Source of the DNA: Dicyema japonicum
Lineage: Eukaryota; Animalia; Dicyemida
DNA length: 64,000 nucleotides
NCBI GenBank assembly: GCA_011109175.1
Contig: RDEW01000005.1
Location: 740,335-804,334, forward strand
Direction of reading: 5' to 3'
Position numbers and translations under genes: made by a program. Below the pieces are notes generated by a model, which had not been told where the DNA came from, did not search any database, and saw nothing but the letters and a program-made list of their open reading frames with translations. Positions within the stretch are counted from its first letter, which is position 1. Each line of letters opens with the position of its first letter. This document shows positions 26,501-40,009 of this stretch, in pieces.

Positions 26501-27402
26501 GTTTTTTTATTTAAAAATTTTATTAAATTAAAAACAATCAATAATGTAATTAAATTAACACAAGCAACCATCAAAGTGGACCCTGCCGACATTATCGACG
26601 TTGCGTTGCCTCTCATGATTGCAACAAAGATCAACTGGAGAAGCAACCAAACAATAATTATTCATAAATGGGGACGAAATTTATATGAATCAATTTTGAA
26701 TACAAGTTCACTACAATTGTACTAATACCAGGAATGTGCCGGTTATTTTGAACCTTCGCTCATACGTCTTTTATTTTCCAAAGAAACTCTGAAACATTTT
26801 CTCACCCGCTCAAAAGATCCTGATGAATGCTATCAAATTTTCGCAGTCCAGGAATAGTTACGCAGTCCAAGTCTCGGTTATCTAACCTCATTTTTTTGCT
26901 TTTGTATTATTATTGAAATGAAATTTTCTGTGGTTAAAAATTTTTTATATAAAAAAGACATTTTTAATAAACAAATGGGAAGACAACAAATAAGATGTCA
27001 AACGTCGACAAAGAGCTTTCCATAGGGCTGTAGATGAAGCGAACTAAACTGCTATTATTTAATAAAATATATATTAATGATCAATCAAATTGAGATTAAA
27101 GTTGCAGAAGATAACTTTATTTCTATTTCCTACAATTTTGTGGAACTGGTTGTAGGTAAAGAAGAGATGATTGATTTGTATGAATATGAGGGGAAAAGAT
27201 CAGTCAACAGTTAACTCCTAAGATATTCAAATTAAATTTAAAAATATCTAAATGAAGAAAAAAATAGAGTAACGGTTATATAGAGCAGCCCTGACTGCTT
27301 GGCTATTTTAAAAATATAAATTTAAATATCTAAATTAAAAATATAAATTAAAAAAAATATTTTTAATCAAATAATGTTAATTAAAAATAATTGAAACGAA
27401 TA

Positions 27403-28779
27403 ATGGTGTCTGATCGTATTTTCACTATTTACATTGGAGATTTGGACAAATCTGTTACAAAGGACGATTTGCACAAATTTGAGAGGATTAACGGCTTTCA
27501 AGACATTGTGCTGAATATTTCGAAGAGTAAACAAAATACAAAATACGCATTTGTCAACTACTCCACAGCAAAAGCCTGCGATGCTGCAATCAAAAAATTT
27601 AACCATTACAAAATAAAAGGAGTCCCCATCCGAGTGCTGTGGGCTCATCCTTATCAGACAATACACAAACAGAACTCAGCCAACCTGTTCGTCAAAGGAA
27701 TCCCAAAGAATTATGAAACCAGCGAATTTAGTGAACTTTTTTCCCGCTTCGGAACAGTGGTCTCATCGAAGATCACCTACAACACCAATGGAGAGTCCTT
27801 GGGATATGGATACGTTCAGTTTGATCGCGAGGTGGACGCAAAGACTGCCTGTTCGGTCATGAATAACAAAATATTTGGGGATACAGTTCTGTAACCTGTG
27901 GTATTAGTTTTGTAGTGTGTGCGAGGAATTCAAGCCTAGAAGAAGCAGAAAGACGGTATTTAACATCAAAGTCTCTGGATTCAGTGACTGGGACGATGAC
28001 AAGCTGATCGAGGTATTCGAACCTTACGGAGAGATCATGTCTGTTCGGGTCTTCGAGGCTGGCAGTGAAAACTGGACGAGCTATGGCTTTGTGGCTTTCG
28101 AAGATGAAGAGAGTGGGATAGATGTAAGCAGGTGGCTCTATTTTAGGCTATTAATTCTCTTCATGGAAAGGAAGTTGATGGATTTGTCCTCAGAATTAAC
28201 CGCAGCTATAATCGACTAGACAAGGAAGTTCATTTAGAGAGCCTGCAGAGGGGCCCCGACTTAGAGACGAACCTGTATGTAAAGAATTTCGATAAGAGAA
28301 CGACGGATGAAGAATTTGAGGAGCTCTTCAAAGCATATGGTCCATTGAGGAACTCGAAGATTGCGAAAGAGAGAGGAGTTAGTAAGGGATTTGGCTATGT
28401 CAAATTCATATCGCCAGAAAATGCTGACAGAGCCATCGAAGAACTAAACCGGTCCGACAAACTGGGAGCCGGAAGATAGGGAAGAAACTATATGTGACGT
28501 ACTTCCAATGCATATGCGATCGGTGGATCGACAACTCACTGGAGAGGGAAGTCAAATCTTCTAGTGCGACGGCCCAGTCTGAAAGAATGGGTTATAATAA
28601 CAGGATTATGTCAATTATAAGGAACTCTGAAGAACTCGAAGATCTCAGTGACGAAGAACTAAGGAGGATGATTGATAATAATCAAGAAAATCTGCTTAAG
28701 TGCACTGATGTTACGAGATTTAAAAAGATGGTTAGCACGTGTGTTTAAATTTTAGATTGTCAAAAGTCGTCTTCATTGA
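27403..28779 (+). CDS. PABPC: Divergent cytoplasmic poly(A)-binding protein-like, 4 RRMs, ~428 aa
   Basis: Exons 27403-27890, 27916-28123, 28147-28451, 28469-28730, 28756-28779 sum to 1287 nt. Introns of 25, 23, 17 (uncertain) and 25 nt. Four RRMs (IYIGDLD/KYAFVNY; NLFVKGI/GYGYVQF; IKVSGF/YGFVAF; TNLYVKNFD/KGFGYVKF...KKLYV) and a short acidic helical C-terminus weakly resembling MLLE. Confidence 0.8.
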
Positions 28780-29514
28780 TTTTAATTTTTAACAAATACA
28801 ATAATAATTTTGACATTTCATTTGGTGGCCTATGACTCGTGGATGGTTGGTGAATTTTTTACTCGGACGCACTTGTATCGCTGGCTTCTCCACTTCATGG
28901 TGGCAGCCACTCGCTCAGGATCGGCCCAGTGAGAGCATTAAAAATACATGACCTTAGGAAAACAATAAGTTCTTCAATTCCGTAGAATAAAATTTTAAGG
29001 ATTCTAACACCCAGTGGCTTTCTTTCCTACTCGATTCCAATAGGTGGAGGGACAGCTGAGAAAAGAGATGGTCTATTCTCCGACTTTATTGCATGACAGT
29101 ATTAAATCAACAAACCACAGTTAAATTGACCGATAAGTGGTTTATGTGACCGTAATTGACTACTCCATAGGATTCTATGGATAAGAAGAAGAGCCTACTA
29201 TAGTCATGTATGTGATGCCCTGTCTGTCTTGAATGGTTTTGACGGTTTAAATGTTTTATTATCTTTAGTAATTTTTATTTAAAGACATGTGAGGACAATA
29301 GATGATATTTGGGAGAATAAATCAGAATTTGAAACGGTTTAGCAAATGAATTTTATTGATCTGACATCTCAGTAATGCGCATGTATTTGAAATTGTGTTA
29401 TTTATGCTAATTCTTTGACCTTTGCTTTGATGTTTATTGTAACTAAGGAATTTTTTGCCATAATTCTTTAAGATAGTTTTTTAATTAATGAAAATTATAT
29501 TTTTTTGATCTTCC

Positions 29515-29660
29515 CTGGCACCTTCGACGCTAGAATTCTTGGATCGTCTAAGGAATCGGATTTCTATACTCCGTGAGAGCTGCTCGTTATTTAGCGAATA
29601 TCACTCGCAATCCTGAAAGGGAATAACCACGCACTCAGTAGTACTATCGTATGATTCTCA
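29515..29660 (+). mobile_element. CRE 3' stub
   Basis: GCTAGAATTCTTGGATCGTCTAAGGAATCGGAT...CTCGCAATCCTGAAAGGGAATAACCAC is homologous to 44621-44750. Confidence 0.7.
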
Positions 29661-29859
29661 GATTGGTTGTTTCTTGATGCAATAAATTTTTTCTTAACAA
29701 AAATAAGAATATTTGTAGTAAAGTTGTAAATACCATAATTGCAACTAATTATTTAAAGTGCTATATTTATTTTATTTTTATTTTTAAATGCCATAAATGC
29801 GGTTTTAAATAATACAAGTTTGCTAATTTTTGTTGTTGTGTAAAAATGGTACTTAACGA

Positions 29860-32300
29860 CGAATGTCTAGAAAACAGAATTAATGGATATCAGAAGGGTA
29901 GAAAAGAGATCAGATGAGCCACGGAGGAAGACATATAAGCTTGGGTCATTACTTGGAGACAGTGAGGCTTTGTTCGAAGAAAGACTCTTGTTACAGCTTC
30001 GCTGAACAAAGTTAAAAAGAACTTGATTAACGGAAGACTATTAAGTATATCATTTCAGCTATTCGATGCCCTTGTTAAACTAGTGCTATTTATCAACGTG
30101 GGTAATACCCAACGCTGAGCAACAAGGGATACACTGATTTCCTCCACTGGTCCTTTGAGTTTTGAGATCACTGATTTGAGATGGAGGCTCTTCGGACAAA
30201 TAATGACTGAAAATGGATATCCCATATAATAGAGGAATACTTCGTTGACACTGGATCAAGCTTCTGTGTACAATCACGAATCAAACCTTCCTCGATATTT
30301 GATGTTGGTCTCGAGTCATATAATTTGTTGTTGTGGAGCATGTTTGTTTCTCAGAATGAGTTAGAAACTTTGCCAGAGGACCCATCTACGAATGGATACG
30401 AAAGAGAAACCAAAAATAACGTAGACATGGTGGTCCATGGAGTGCTTCCAGAACAGGGAATTTCGCACGATAATAGGACTTCTACTATCACGTTTTTACA
30501 GGCGTTGGCTGAATCAGTTGACAGAGATGACAAAGCTGAATGGATCGCACAAGTAGTTGGATCTGCCAAGTCGAGATTTGGAAGGATTCCTCGGGGTGGG
30601 TGGCTGTTAATCGCAGGTATCTTCAATGCGCGGTTCGGTACCACCAAATCTGTGGCAAATGTGAAATTACTTCTCAAATCTGATGTAAAGAATACCAAGT
30701 AGGAAATCGGCAGAGCGCCGAGAAGTCGGAGATTGCCTGTTTCACTAAGTGCTTGGAAGAGTTTTCATGCCGGATTCAAGAGATCAAGTCGATTTCCCGC
30801 GATAAACGAAAACCAACCAGGAAAATTCCTTATCGGTTTCTCACAAAGGATATATTATCCGGATTGAATCATGCTGTGGGATACATCAATAGTATGCGAC
30901 CGAATACAATGGAAGATATTACAGATATTCTAACACTACACAGTGTTCATATGAAGCACATACTGCTACTGTACACAAGGAGAGCGACTGACTACAATCA
31001 ATGAATAGCCGACTTACAAAAACTAGACTCAAGCTGAGAAAATCAACGCACTAGTTGGGTCATCGGGAAGTCAGAAGTATGATCACTCAACGAGAGAAGC
31101 TATGTGTGCTTATGCATACAACAAGTCAAAACAAGAAGATCTGGAGAGAGTGTTGTGTACAATCAATGAAGAGATTGGAATTGTTGAAAAACGATTAGGA
31201 TGCACAAGTCGAGAAAGGAATTTCGAAGAGATAATTTATGCTTTGAGCTTAATAGAATGCGCTTTTATAGGAAGATGAGAGAGGAAGGCCACAGTTCTGT
31301 GTACAGTTTTGAGATCGAAGAATGTTAGCTTTTTGGAAAAACATGTGGAAGGAAAAGGATAAGAAGGATGTGAGATTTTCTATATCCAAAAGGATTACTG
31401 GGGAAGAGGAGACATATGCTGAGTTCTCGAAAGAAGGATTGCTGGGAATAATCCAACTTTTGCCAAATTGGAGAGCGTTCGGCTGTGATGGTATCTACAA
31501 TTTCGGTTTTTACTGTTGTCACTCACCTTATTCCAAAGAAAGAAGTTTGTGACTCTCCGAATTACCTTAGATCGATCACGTGCATGTCTAACCTCTATAA
31601 ATTGACAACAAAGTGGGTGAATAGCAAGTGAGAAAATATATTGAAGCATTCGATCTAATCAGTGATAGCCAGTTAGGAACTCGTAGAATGTGCCAGGGCG
31701 CGAAAGATCAAGCCTTGGTCAACCAATGCATTATCAAACAGTTAGCCAATTTACGTTCGACTTGGATCGATGTAAAGAAAGCGCTCGATTCTGTGGATCA
31801 TGGCTTTCTGTTCGAAGTTTAGAAAACTCTGGACTACCTATATGAATCATTACGTTTATAAAAAACCTTATGAAAATTGTGGACACTCCAACTTAAATTT
31901 AATGGAAATTTGCTTGGTGTGGTGAATCTAAGAAGGGGAATGTACAGGGGATTCCTTATCCTCACAGTCATTTGTATTATTGATTGATCCGTTGAGTCGA
32001 CTATTAAATGGTAGATACCCTAAAGTGACCATGGATGCTGAGGGAAATTCTCTTACCATGCTCCTAACCACTTGCTGTTTATGGATGATCTTAATTTGAT
32101 CTCCTATGAGGATGACACAATGGTAAGAATGATAAACAAGTTGAAAATTTTTTGATGCGGCTGGACTGGAGCTTAATATCGACAAATCAGCCACAAATGT
32201 TGAATGTTTGGCTGAAAAGCTATGTTACTTGACGGTCTTGGAGGTTATCGATATCTTGGCGTATTAGAAAACAAAAATAGTAGTGTACTTAAAAATGGTC
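29860..32300 (+). mobile_element. R4-like RLE non-LTR retrotransposon, degraded, 3' end missing
   Basis: RT motifs CQGAKDQALVNQCII, WIDVKKALDSVDH, RGMYRGDSLS, HLLFMDDL, YRYLGVLE in order, with many frameshifts. Confidence 0.85.
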
Positions 32301-32399
32301 GGATTCACTGTAAACCAGCAAATAAAGATAAATTGTATTTACAGCGAGATTTTCTTGGAAGGGAATTAACTTCTGTTGTATATAAAAGTGAGCGAATAC

Positions 32400-33027
32400 T
32401 AATACATTTTTATAACGACCTGCAACACAATGCCAACGAATGTTTGAAGAGAGCGAAAATCCTACGGGTCTTGAATGCAAAGTTTTCCAAACGGCTCACT
32501 TGCCTTCTCCACAAAAATTCTCAAAATAACTCGGAATATTCAATGCCTGCAAAATATGAACCCATGAAGTTACGCGCGGTACCTCTGTCTTTTATTGCGG
32601 CATTTTGCGCTTCCCCACATTCTAAATTTTCCTATTTAATTTTTATCTGAACCTCTCAACGGTCTGCGTACGTGCACCTGTCCTCGGGTCTATAAAATTT
32701 CGTCTGCAAATTTATAAACGAATTTTGATAAACCTGTGATTAACTTTGAGGTGCACATAAGCAAGAGCATTAAGATCTGGCGTTGAATAACCTATTTCCA
32801 AGAATACTCTCTTATTACACCGTTTCTGACGAACTATAAGTTCTACACCCGCTTTTATCGCTCACCCATGTTGTATTCTCCCGCTGATAGATAAGGGTCT
32901 TTAAGGCATTTCTTTCTGTAGGGAAGATTCCAACCTCCTGAAGAAAGGCAACTGACTCCATTTCAGAATGTGGTAGTTCATAGTCCTTCAGTTTTGAATA
33001 ATTTCGCACAACAACTATATCACTCAT
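32400..33027 (-). mobile_element. Merlin (IS1016/ISXO2-like) DNA transposase remnant, internally deleted
   Basis: N-terminal EMESVAFLQEVGIFP...W..DKSGCR; C-terminal YVHLKVNH...NFIDPRTGARTQTVE...RGT...GSYF..EFLWRR, the ISXO2-like catalytic-domain signature. No TIRs found. Confidence 0.75.
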
Positions 33028-33389
33028 CCCCACAAGCCGGTAAAAAATCAAAATTTTATTTAAAAAAAATTTATAATAATATTTACAAATTTGGCATTGT
33101 TCATTTTTTTTATTTATAGATCTAATATTCAAAAAAAATTTCATTAATTCATTTAGAACTTATTTCGTAAAGCATGTATTGAAAAACCCTCGAATCTTCT
33201 ATTCATTAATATAAAAATATTTTTTTATTTAATTGTAAGTTAAATTAATCAATATTTTAATTGCACGCTAAATTGTGTTTTTGAGATGCTCGTTGTGTCA
33301 GGAAATTTAAATTTAAATTCTTACCTATATTATGGAAAACTATTATTATGGAAAAACTAGTTCTTCAGAAGATCACAGGAACAATCCCA

Positions 33390-34395
33390 GAAAAACCATT
33401 CCAACACGGATGAATTCTTTCACTCGACGGATACCTACTATCCTTGAGTGAATTTTATTTGCTTGGGGTTCACCAACAAACCCAGGCACAAAAAGACAAT
33501 TCTATGTTGTGCAGACATTCACAATGCATTCGACTCCATCCCAAGAAAAGACTCACCAGGAAAATCTATCAGATGGATATACCTGGGAATTTCAAACTCT
33601 GGCTGGTGAATTTCCTCATTGGACGAAGAGGACGGGTCTGTCTTGTAAACCTACGGTCAAACTCCCGTTTAATTCCAAATGGAAGACCAAGGATCTCCTC
33701 TGTCCCTATACTCTTTCTTGAATGATATTCCGACTCCGGAGCATGAGGATGACCTTACACTGGCTTATGCAGATGATGTTGTTATTGAACCATGGACTAA
33801 GACGTTCGGGTCGCCTCGGATAGATTACTTGTAAATTGCTTAATCTACTTGTTTAATGAAAACTGTCTGTCGATCAGCCCGGAAAAATCGGTTACGTATC
33901 TCCTTACTTCTGATAAGAGAATATCCAACAGGACAGTGGATGTAGAAGCAGATGGAAGCAAGTGGGAGTAGTATTCCAAAAATGGCAGAAGATCCTGGGA
34001 GTATTATTCGACACCCATATGACCTTTTTGCGCCACGTGGAAAATTTTTAAACAAATGTGAAAAGAAATTCAACCTCTTGAAGGGGATCTCTGGTTTATG
34101 GAAAATCGGAAGTCATCCCGTCTTGAAATCACTATACAGCCAGTACGTCGAGTCATGCATATCATATGCATGTGCATCATGGGGCCCCTCAATTTCTTAG
34201 ACGAATGCCTAGAGAATTGTGGCAAACTAAAAAAGAGCGTTTTCCGTGATAGAAAACTGGATCAAATTCGATCTAAATTCTACACCTACCCCTTGGAAGA
34301 CCTAGTAAAAAGAAAAGGAGGACAAACTCAACAATACCAGAGGATCACTTACGTGTTTGAATTAGAGCGAGGGAAGACCACCGGGCCAAGCTGAG
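33390..34395 (+). mobile_element. LINE RT fragment
   Basis: Remnants FKLWLVNFLIGR, G.P.GS.LSP.LF, LAYADDV, YSQYVESCISYACASW. Confidence 0.75.
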
Positions 34396-34409
34396 AGCCC
34401 TATTGAAAT

Positions 34410-35008
34410 TCGCCGGGATCACATAATTTCTTTTTTTGTCTTTTTAAGTTCTCTTTTTTTCCAATCTGTTCAAGTTCTTTCCAAATTTCTACAGCATGGC
34501 TAATCGCCGTAGAATCATTTTGAATTTTGTCTAAAGCGACAGCAATTGGTCTAATCAGCCGCAAATATTCTACAAATTCCGGATGTTCTACAGCAGCAAA
34601 AGGAGTGATACTGGAATATATGTATCTAGCGAGTTGCATATCAATCAAATTTTTCTTCGATGACGTCGTAGTAACGAAATTGATTAAAGACTGGTCCCTC
34701 ATCCTTGGGAGGAATCAAATCACTTTCAGGTTTCGACGGATTTTCAAGGATATCAATATAAGTTCGACATAACAAATGATGCTGCCTCATCCGAGAAACG
34801 AAACCTTGTACCTCCATCCCGCAATTACGGCATCTAGCTCGACTCCCGGGCTTTCCAGGAATAATACGTGTATCGAAGTGAACCCACAAGGTTTCTTCCA
34901 GATATTAAGAAAATTTAAATGATTATTTTGATTTTTTTAATGATTTAAAATTTAAATCATTGATTTTTTTGTTGATTAAAATCAAATGATTTAAATCTAA
35001 CAACCCTG
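34410..35008 (-). mobile_element. hAT transposon 5' end with BED zinc finger, internally deleted
   Basis: WVHF...ARCRNC...SRMRQHHLLC (BED finger), ARYIYSSITPFAAVEHPEF; terminus CAGGGTTGTTAGATTTAAATC at 35008-34988 with repeated GATTTAAA subterminal motifs. Confidence 0.8.
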
Positions 35009-35029
35009 ATTTTAAATATATAGAGACAG

Positions 35030-36170
35030 GCTGAACACCTCAACTATGCCATAAATGTTTTGAGCAATCCGACTAGTAAACTGAAAGGATAGGATTAATT
35101 CTGAATGACTACAGTGGAAAGTAAATGAAAAAAAAGATGACCGAAAAAACAGGCGACTACTTTGAATTCCTTTTCACAAATGATGATGTGAGACACATCA
35201 GTTTGTCGGAGATCCAAGATGTTTAAACATCTCAATATCTCTGACTGAGATACAAACAGATTTGCAAAAACTGACTAACGAAAAAAGTATCCAAACTTAT
35301 AGTGAAATTACAGAGTTAATCGACAAGAAGAAATTAGATCAATGGAACGATTTCAGCACCAAAATTAATCACCGAACAAAACTAAAGGATTTTTTGGTAC
35401 TTTACGTGGAATTCAGTCGAGGCAGAATAGAATGGACACAACCCGCGCAACAAGAATCCAACACCACGTGACTTCACTCATCAGTCAGATGTCATAATAG
35501 ACCTGTACGCAAAAGTGAGTCACATCAACATGAAAAAATGCTCCCGTCCATGCACGTTGATAAACGTTCAATTTCCTCAAGGAAAACCGATTGCAATCGA
35601 TTGAGGTCGAATAACTTATAAACACGCCAAAAATTCTTCTGCCAAAGGCTTAATTGAGTATGCATTTAAAGGACCTGGGAATGCGTGAACTTGAGACAAC
35701 ACTGTTTAACATCAACACATCTCTCTACTCTAACTCAAAATATCACTGATGGTTTCAACAATCATCCTAACATCGATTGACCTAACCAAGGCATTTGATC
35801 AAACATCAAGGCGGGTTCTAAATAACAAAATTCTTGCATCTTGAATTCCTCTAAAGTCATTTTCGACCAATTTCTAACTTTCTCGATATATGTGGAGGAA
35901 CAATGTGCAAATACCTTTCGCAAGATCAACATAGTGAAAGTTGTGTCAGGCTATTCCTTTGGCCAAAGCAAAAAAGGGCCTAACCATCATAAACAATTCA
36001 TACGAACCACAATAAACTATGCAATTCCTTGTTGGTCAACCTCTGGGTCCCTTACTTCTATTGACAAAATACAAAAAGTCTAAAATATCGCTCTCAGAAA
36101 ATTACTAGATGTCTTTCGGATCAACCTTATTGATCATCTAGAGTGGGAATCAAAGATCCTTCCAATTGGA
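35030..36170 (+). mobile_element. Decayed LINE RT fragments
   Basis: DLTKAFD and FIRTTINYAIPCWS remnants. Confidence 0.6.
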
Positions 36171-36204
36171 GACCATTTGGAAATGAGAAGTCTGAAGTTC
36201 CTCT

Positions 36205-36600
36205 TCAATTCCTACAGCCTAGACCAAGGGTCTTAAATTCAACAGACACATTTTCAACACCAGTCATTTTTCCCATATTAAAACTTTCCGAATTTAGACT
36301 CCTCCTCTTCCATAGTTCTTCCCAAAAGTCTGCACATTTTTCATTATCAATAGACGTCGTAACATTATTTGCCGTAGGGGTTAGGTTTCTGTAAAATGAT
36401 CTTCGATTTAATTCGAAGTTTAGATTATCAAGGCGAAATTTTCTGCGGGACTCAGATACACACAATTTCTTTTCGAGAATTTTAATTTTATCTTCAATGT
36501 ACGAAGTAATCCTCGATCTCTCACCATGGTTTTTCTTTTTATATCCCACTAACGATAATGCGTAACATAAGATGACAAAATTCAAACACTATTATCAATC
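36205..36600 (-). mobile_element. R4-like element fragment (pre-RT region)
   Basis: KIKILEKKL...RKFRLDNLNFELNRRSFYRNL...CADFWEELWK. Confidence 0.7.
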
Positions 36601-36651
36601 TTGACATAATGAATCTTTTTGGTTTGGGGTCTCGAGCTTTGTTTAATTTGC

Positions 36652-39419
36652 TTGGCAATTATCAAATCTGAGGTCCCCTTCGAATCATGTTCACTGCTTG
36701 ATAATTGCTAGCGTTTTTGGACGTATGTCAGTTTTCTGAACTCAGGCATTTTTAATTCCTCTCCAAACTTAGACTTGAACCATTCCAAGAGAATATCTCA
36801 CCCACCTCTGGGAACACGGCCGAGTCTAGAACGCGTGCTTTCAATAACCGAGGTAGCCCATTGTTCTTGACAATCAGCTGTTAAGGAAGACATTATGAAA
36901 ACATATCGGAAAACATGTCGGACAAGATCGGGGGCTGTTCGATTTGGGTTTTTTTAAATGAACGTATCATGGTAATTCGAAGAAACAGTTGAGAGATTAT
37001 ATATTTTTTCAGAGAATGAAACTACAGAAAATTTTACATCTGTGTCACAATCGAAAATAAGCGATCCTTCCTAAAACATAAACCCCAAAAGACTTGGTGT
37101 GAAAGCACAAACGAAGAGACATCTTGGAAATGGCGGTGTCCTCAATGAGCGCAGGATGAAAATGATAAAGGAGCTAAGGGAAACCGAAATCGCTTAATTA
37201 GTTTAGTTAGTACTACTTTCCTTATTTCCTAGTGTTACACAAATAATTAATGATATTGACGGTTCAAAAAAGCAAATGTTGTTTAAACAATTTGATTTCA
37301 TTAAATACATAAAATATAAAATTAAACTACAAATTAACTGATAAGCTATTGGGAAAGTTATTTTGGAAAAAATATTTTAATTTATTAACAAGTGTCACCG
37401 CAATGGCGTGTTAACGCTATTGACGGTGAAATATGAATTAATATGTTTATAACACAAATTCCGTGAATTGATGTAATAATTCTGATGTACTATTCCGTTA
37501 TTGGGACTAACAAGGTTAACATTGCGACAATAGTGCTTACCTGGGATGGAATTGTATCAAGGTTTTATAAACATCACCGTGCTTCCCTTAATGTAGAGAG
37601 TTTTATAAGAGCGTATATCCAATCTTAAGTGATCAAGAAGACCTTGGAGAGCATGAGAGTAGAACACAAATATGGAAATACTCTTGAAGAAGGATTGACG
37701 GACGTTTCCATTAGAGAAAGATTAACGAGCCAAATATGCCACCTTGAAGAGGTACAAAATGGACAAATTGGGACAACGAAGACTTTAGATGTTATTTTAA
37801 ATGAGTCTGTGTTTTGGTCGGGTTGAACCATAAGAGAAGGAGGATATGCTGTTGGAAGGTCATATTGGAAAACTTTTTTAAATTTATGCACAATTGTCAG
37901 CTCAATGGCGTGTCGACGTTATGTAGGGTGAAATATGAATTAATTAATGGGTTTATTAACTAAATTCCGTAAATTGATGTAATCATTCTGATTGGCAATT
38001 ATCATAATCTGAGGTCCCCTTCGAATCATGTTCACTGCTTGATAATTGCTAGCGTTTTTGGACGTATGTCAGTTTTCTGAACTCAGCCATTGTTAATTCC
38101 TCTCCAAACTTAGACTTGAACCATTCCAAGAGAATATCCCACCAACCTCTGGAACACGGCCGAGTCTAGAACGCGTGCTTTCAATAACCGAGGTAGCTCA
38201 TTGTTTTTGACATTCAGCTGTTGAGGAAGACATTATGAAAACATACTAGAAAACATGTCGGACAAGATCGGGGGCCGTTCGACTTGGGTTTTTTTTAAAT
38301 GAACGTATCATGATAATTTGAAGAAACAGTTGAGAGATTATTTATTTTTTCAGAGAATGAAACTACAGAAAATTTTACATCTGTGTCACAATCGGAAATA
38401 AGCGATCTTTCCTCAAACATCAATCCCCAAAGGACTTGGTGTGAAAGCACAAACGAAGAGACTTCTTGGAAATGGCGGTGTCCCTCAATGAGCGCAGGAT
38501 GAAAATGAATAAGGAGATAAGGGAAACCGAAATCGCTTAATTAGTATAGTTAGTACTACTTTCCTTGTTTCCTAGTGTTACACAAATAATTAATGATATT
38601 GACGGTTCAAAAAAGCAAAGGTTGTTTAAACAATTTGAATACATAATAAAAATAAAATTAAACTACAAAAATAACTGATAAGCTATTGGAAGGTTATTTT
38701 GGAAAAAATATTTTCTAATTTATTAACAAGTGTCACCGCATTGGCGTGTTAACGCTATTGACGGTGAAATATGAATTAATATGTTTATAACACAAATTCC
38801 GTGAATTGATGTAATAATACTGATGTACAGTTCCGTAATTGGGACTAATACATAAGATTAACATTGTGACAATAGTGCTTACCTGGGATGAAATTGTATC
38901 AAGGTTTTATAAACATCACCATGCTTCCCTTAATGTAGAGAGTCCTATAAGAGCGTATATCCAATCTTAAGTGATCAAGAAGACCTTGGAGATCATGAGA
39001 GTAGAACACAAATATAGAAATACTCTTGAAGAAGGATTGACGGACGTTCCATTAGAGAAGGATTAACGAGCCAAATATGCCACCTTGAAGAGGTACAAAA
39101 TGAACAAATTGGGACAACGAAGACTTTAGATGTTATTTAGAATGAGTCTGTGTTTTAGTCGGGTTGAGCCATAAGAGAAGGAGAATGTGCTAGGAAAGAT
39201 AACATGGAAGGAGCCCCTACGTTAGTTAATTTATTTCTGACGTTAATCTTCAGTCATTATAAAAATAACTGATAAGCTGTTGGAAGGTCATATTGGAAAA
39301 CTTTTTTAAATTTATGCACAATTGTCAGCTCAATGGCGTGTCGACGTTATGTAGGGTGAAATATGAATTAATTAATGGGTTTATTAACTAAATTCCGTAA
39401 ATTGATGTAATCATTCTGA
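36652..39419 (+). repeat. Tandem duplication, unit ~1.34 kb (36652-37991; 37992-39419, second copy ~90 nt longer)
   Basis: Both units begin TTGGCAATTATC and end GTAATCATTCTGA; no N at the junction. Each contains an R4-like C-terminus (IVLTWDGIVSRFYK...RAYIQS..IKKTLESM, 37505-37845 and 38840-39200). Confidence 0.9.
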
Positions 39420-40009
39420 TGTACAATAACGTTATCTTCACAGCAATGTTTTATTACACGACTATGATGAAGGAATGTAGAGATCAAGGAATTGTCGAGT
39501 ACCAACTGTAATATTAAAAATCATTTATTTTGGATTGACTGACAACTTGGCAATAATCCTGAACTTAGCTACGATTCAGAAATAATATATCTTAATGCAC
39601 GAAACACTATTATACTTCACGGAAATATTTTATCATTTGATAAAATAAATGTTGGAAATTTGTATTAATATATAAATCATTTATAGTCTTTGCGAGAAAA
39701 GATTACAACTATTCATTCGAATACGTCAATTACAATTAAAGCAAAGTTTTATATATTTTAAATTGATAGTGATTTCGAAACTTTTACGGACTGACACGTA
39801 TACATATTGATTTTGCAGAAACACTGATAAATCTTAGAACTGTGTATTTTATACTAGTAATTTATAGTCATTTTTTACTGATACAATTATACAATCTTGT
39901 AGGGTAGCAGTTTCTAATTATGTTGAATTAAAAGGGTATTTTTAATATTAAATTAGTATTCTTGCATCATGTATTGATCCAATGAACAAAACAACCACAA
40001 GCGTATAGA

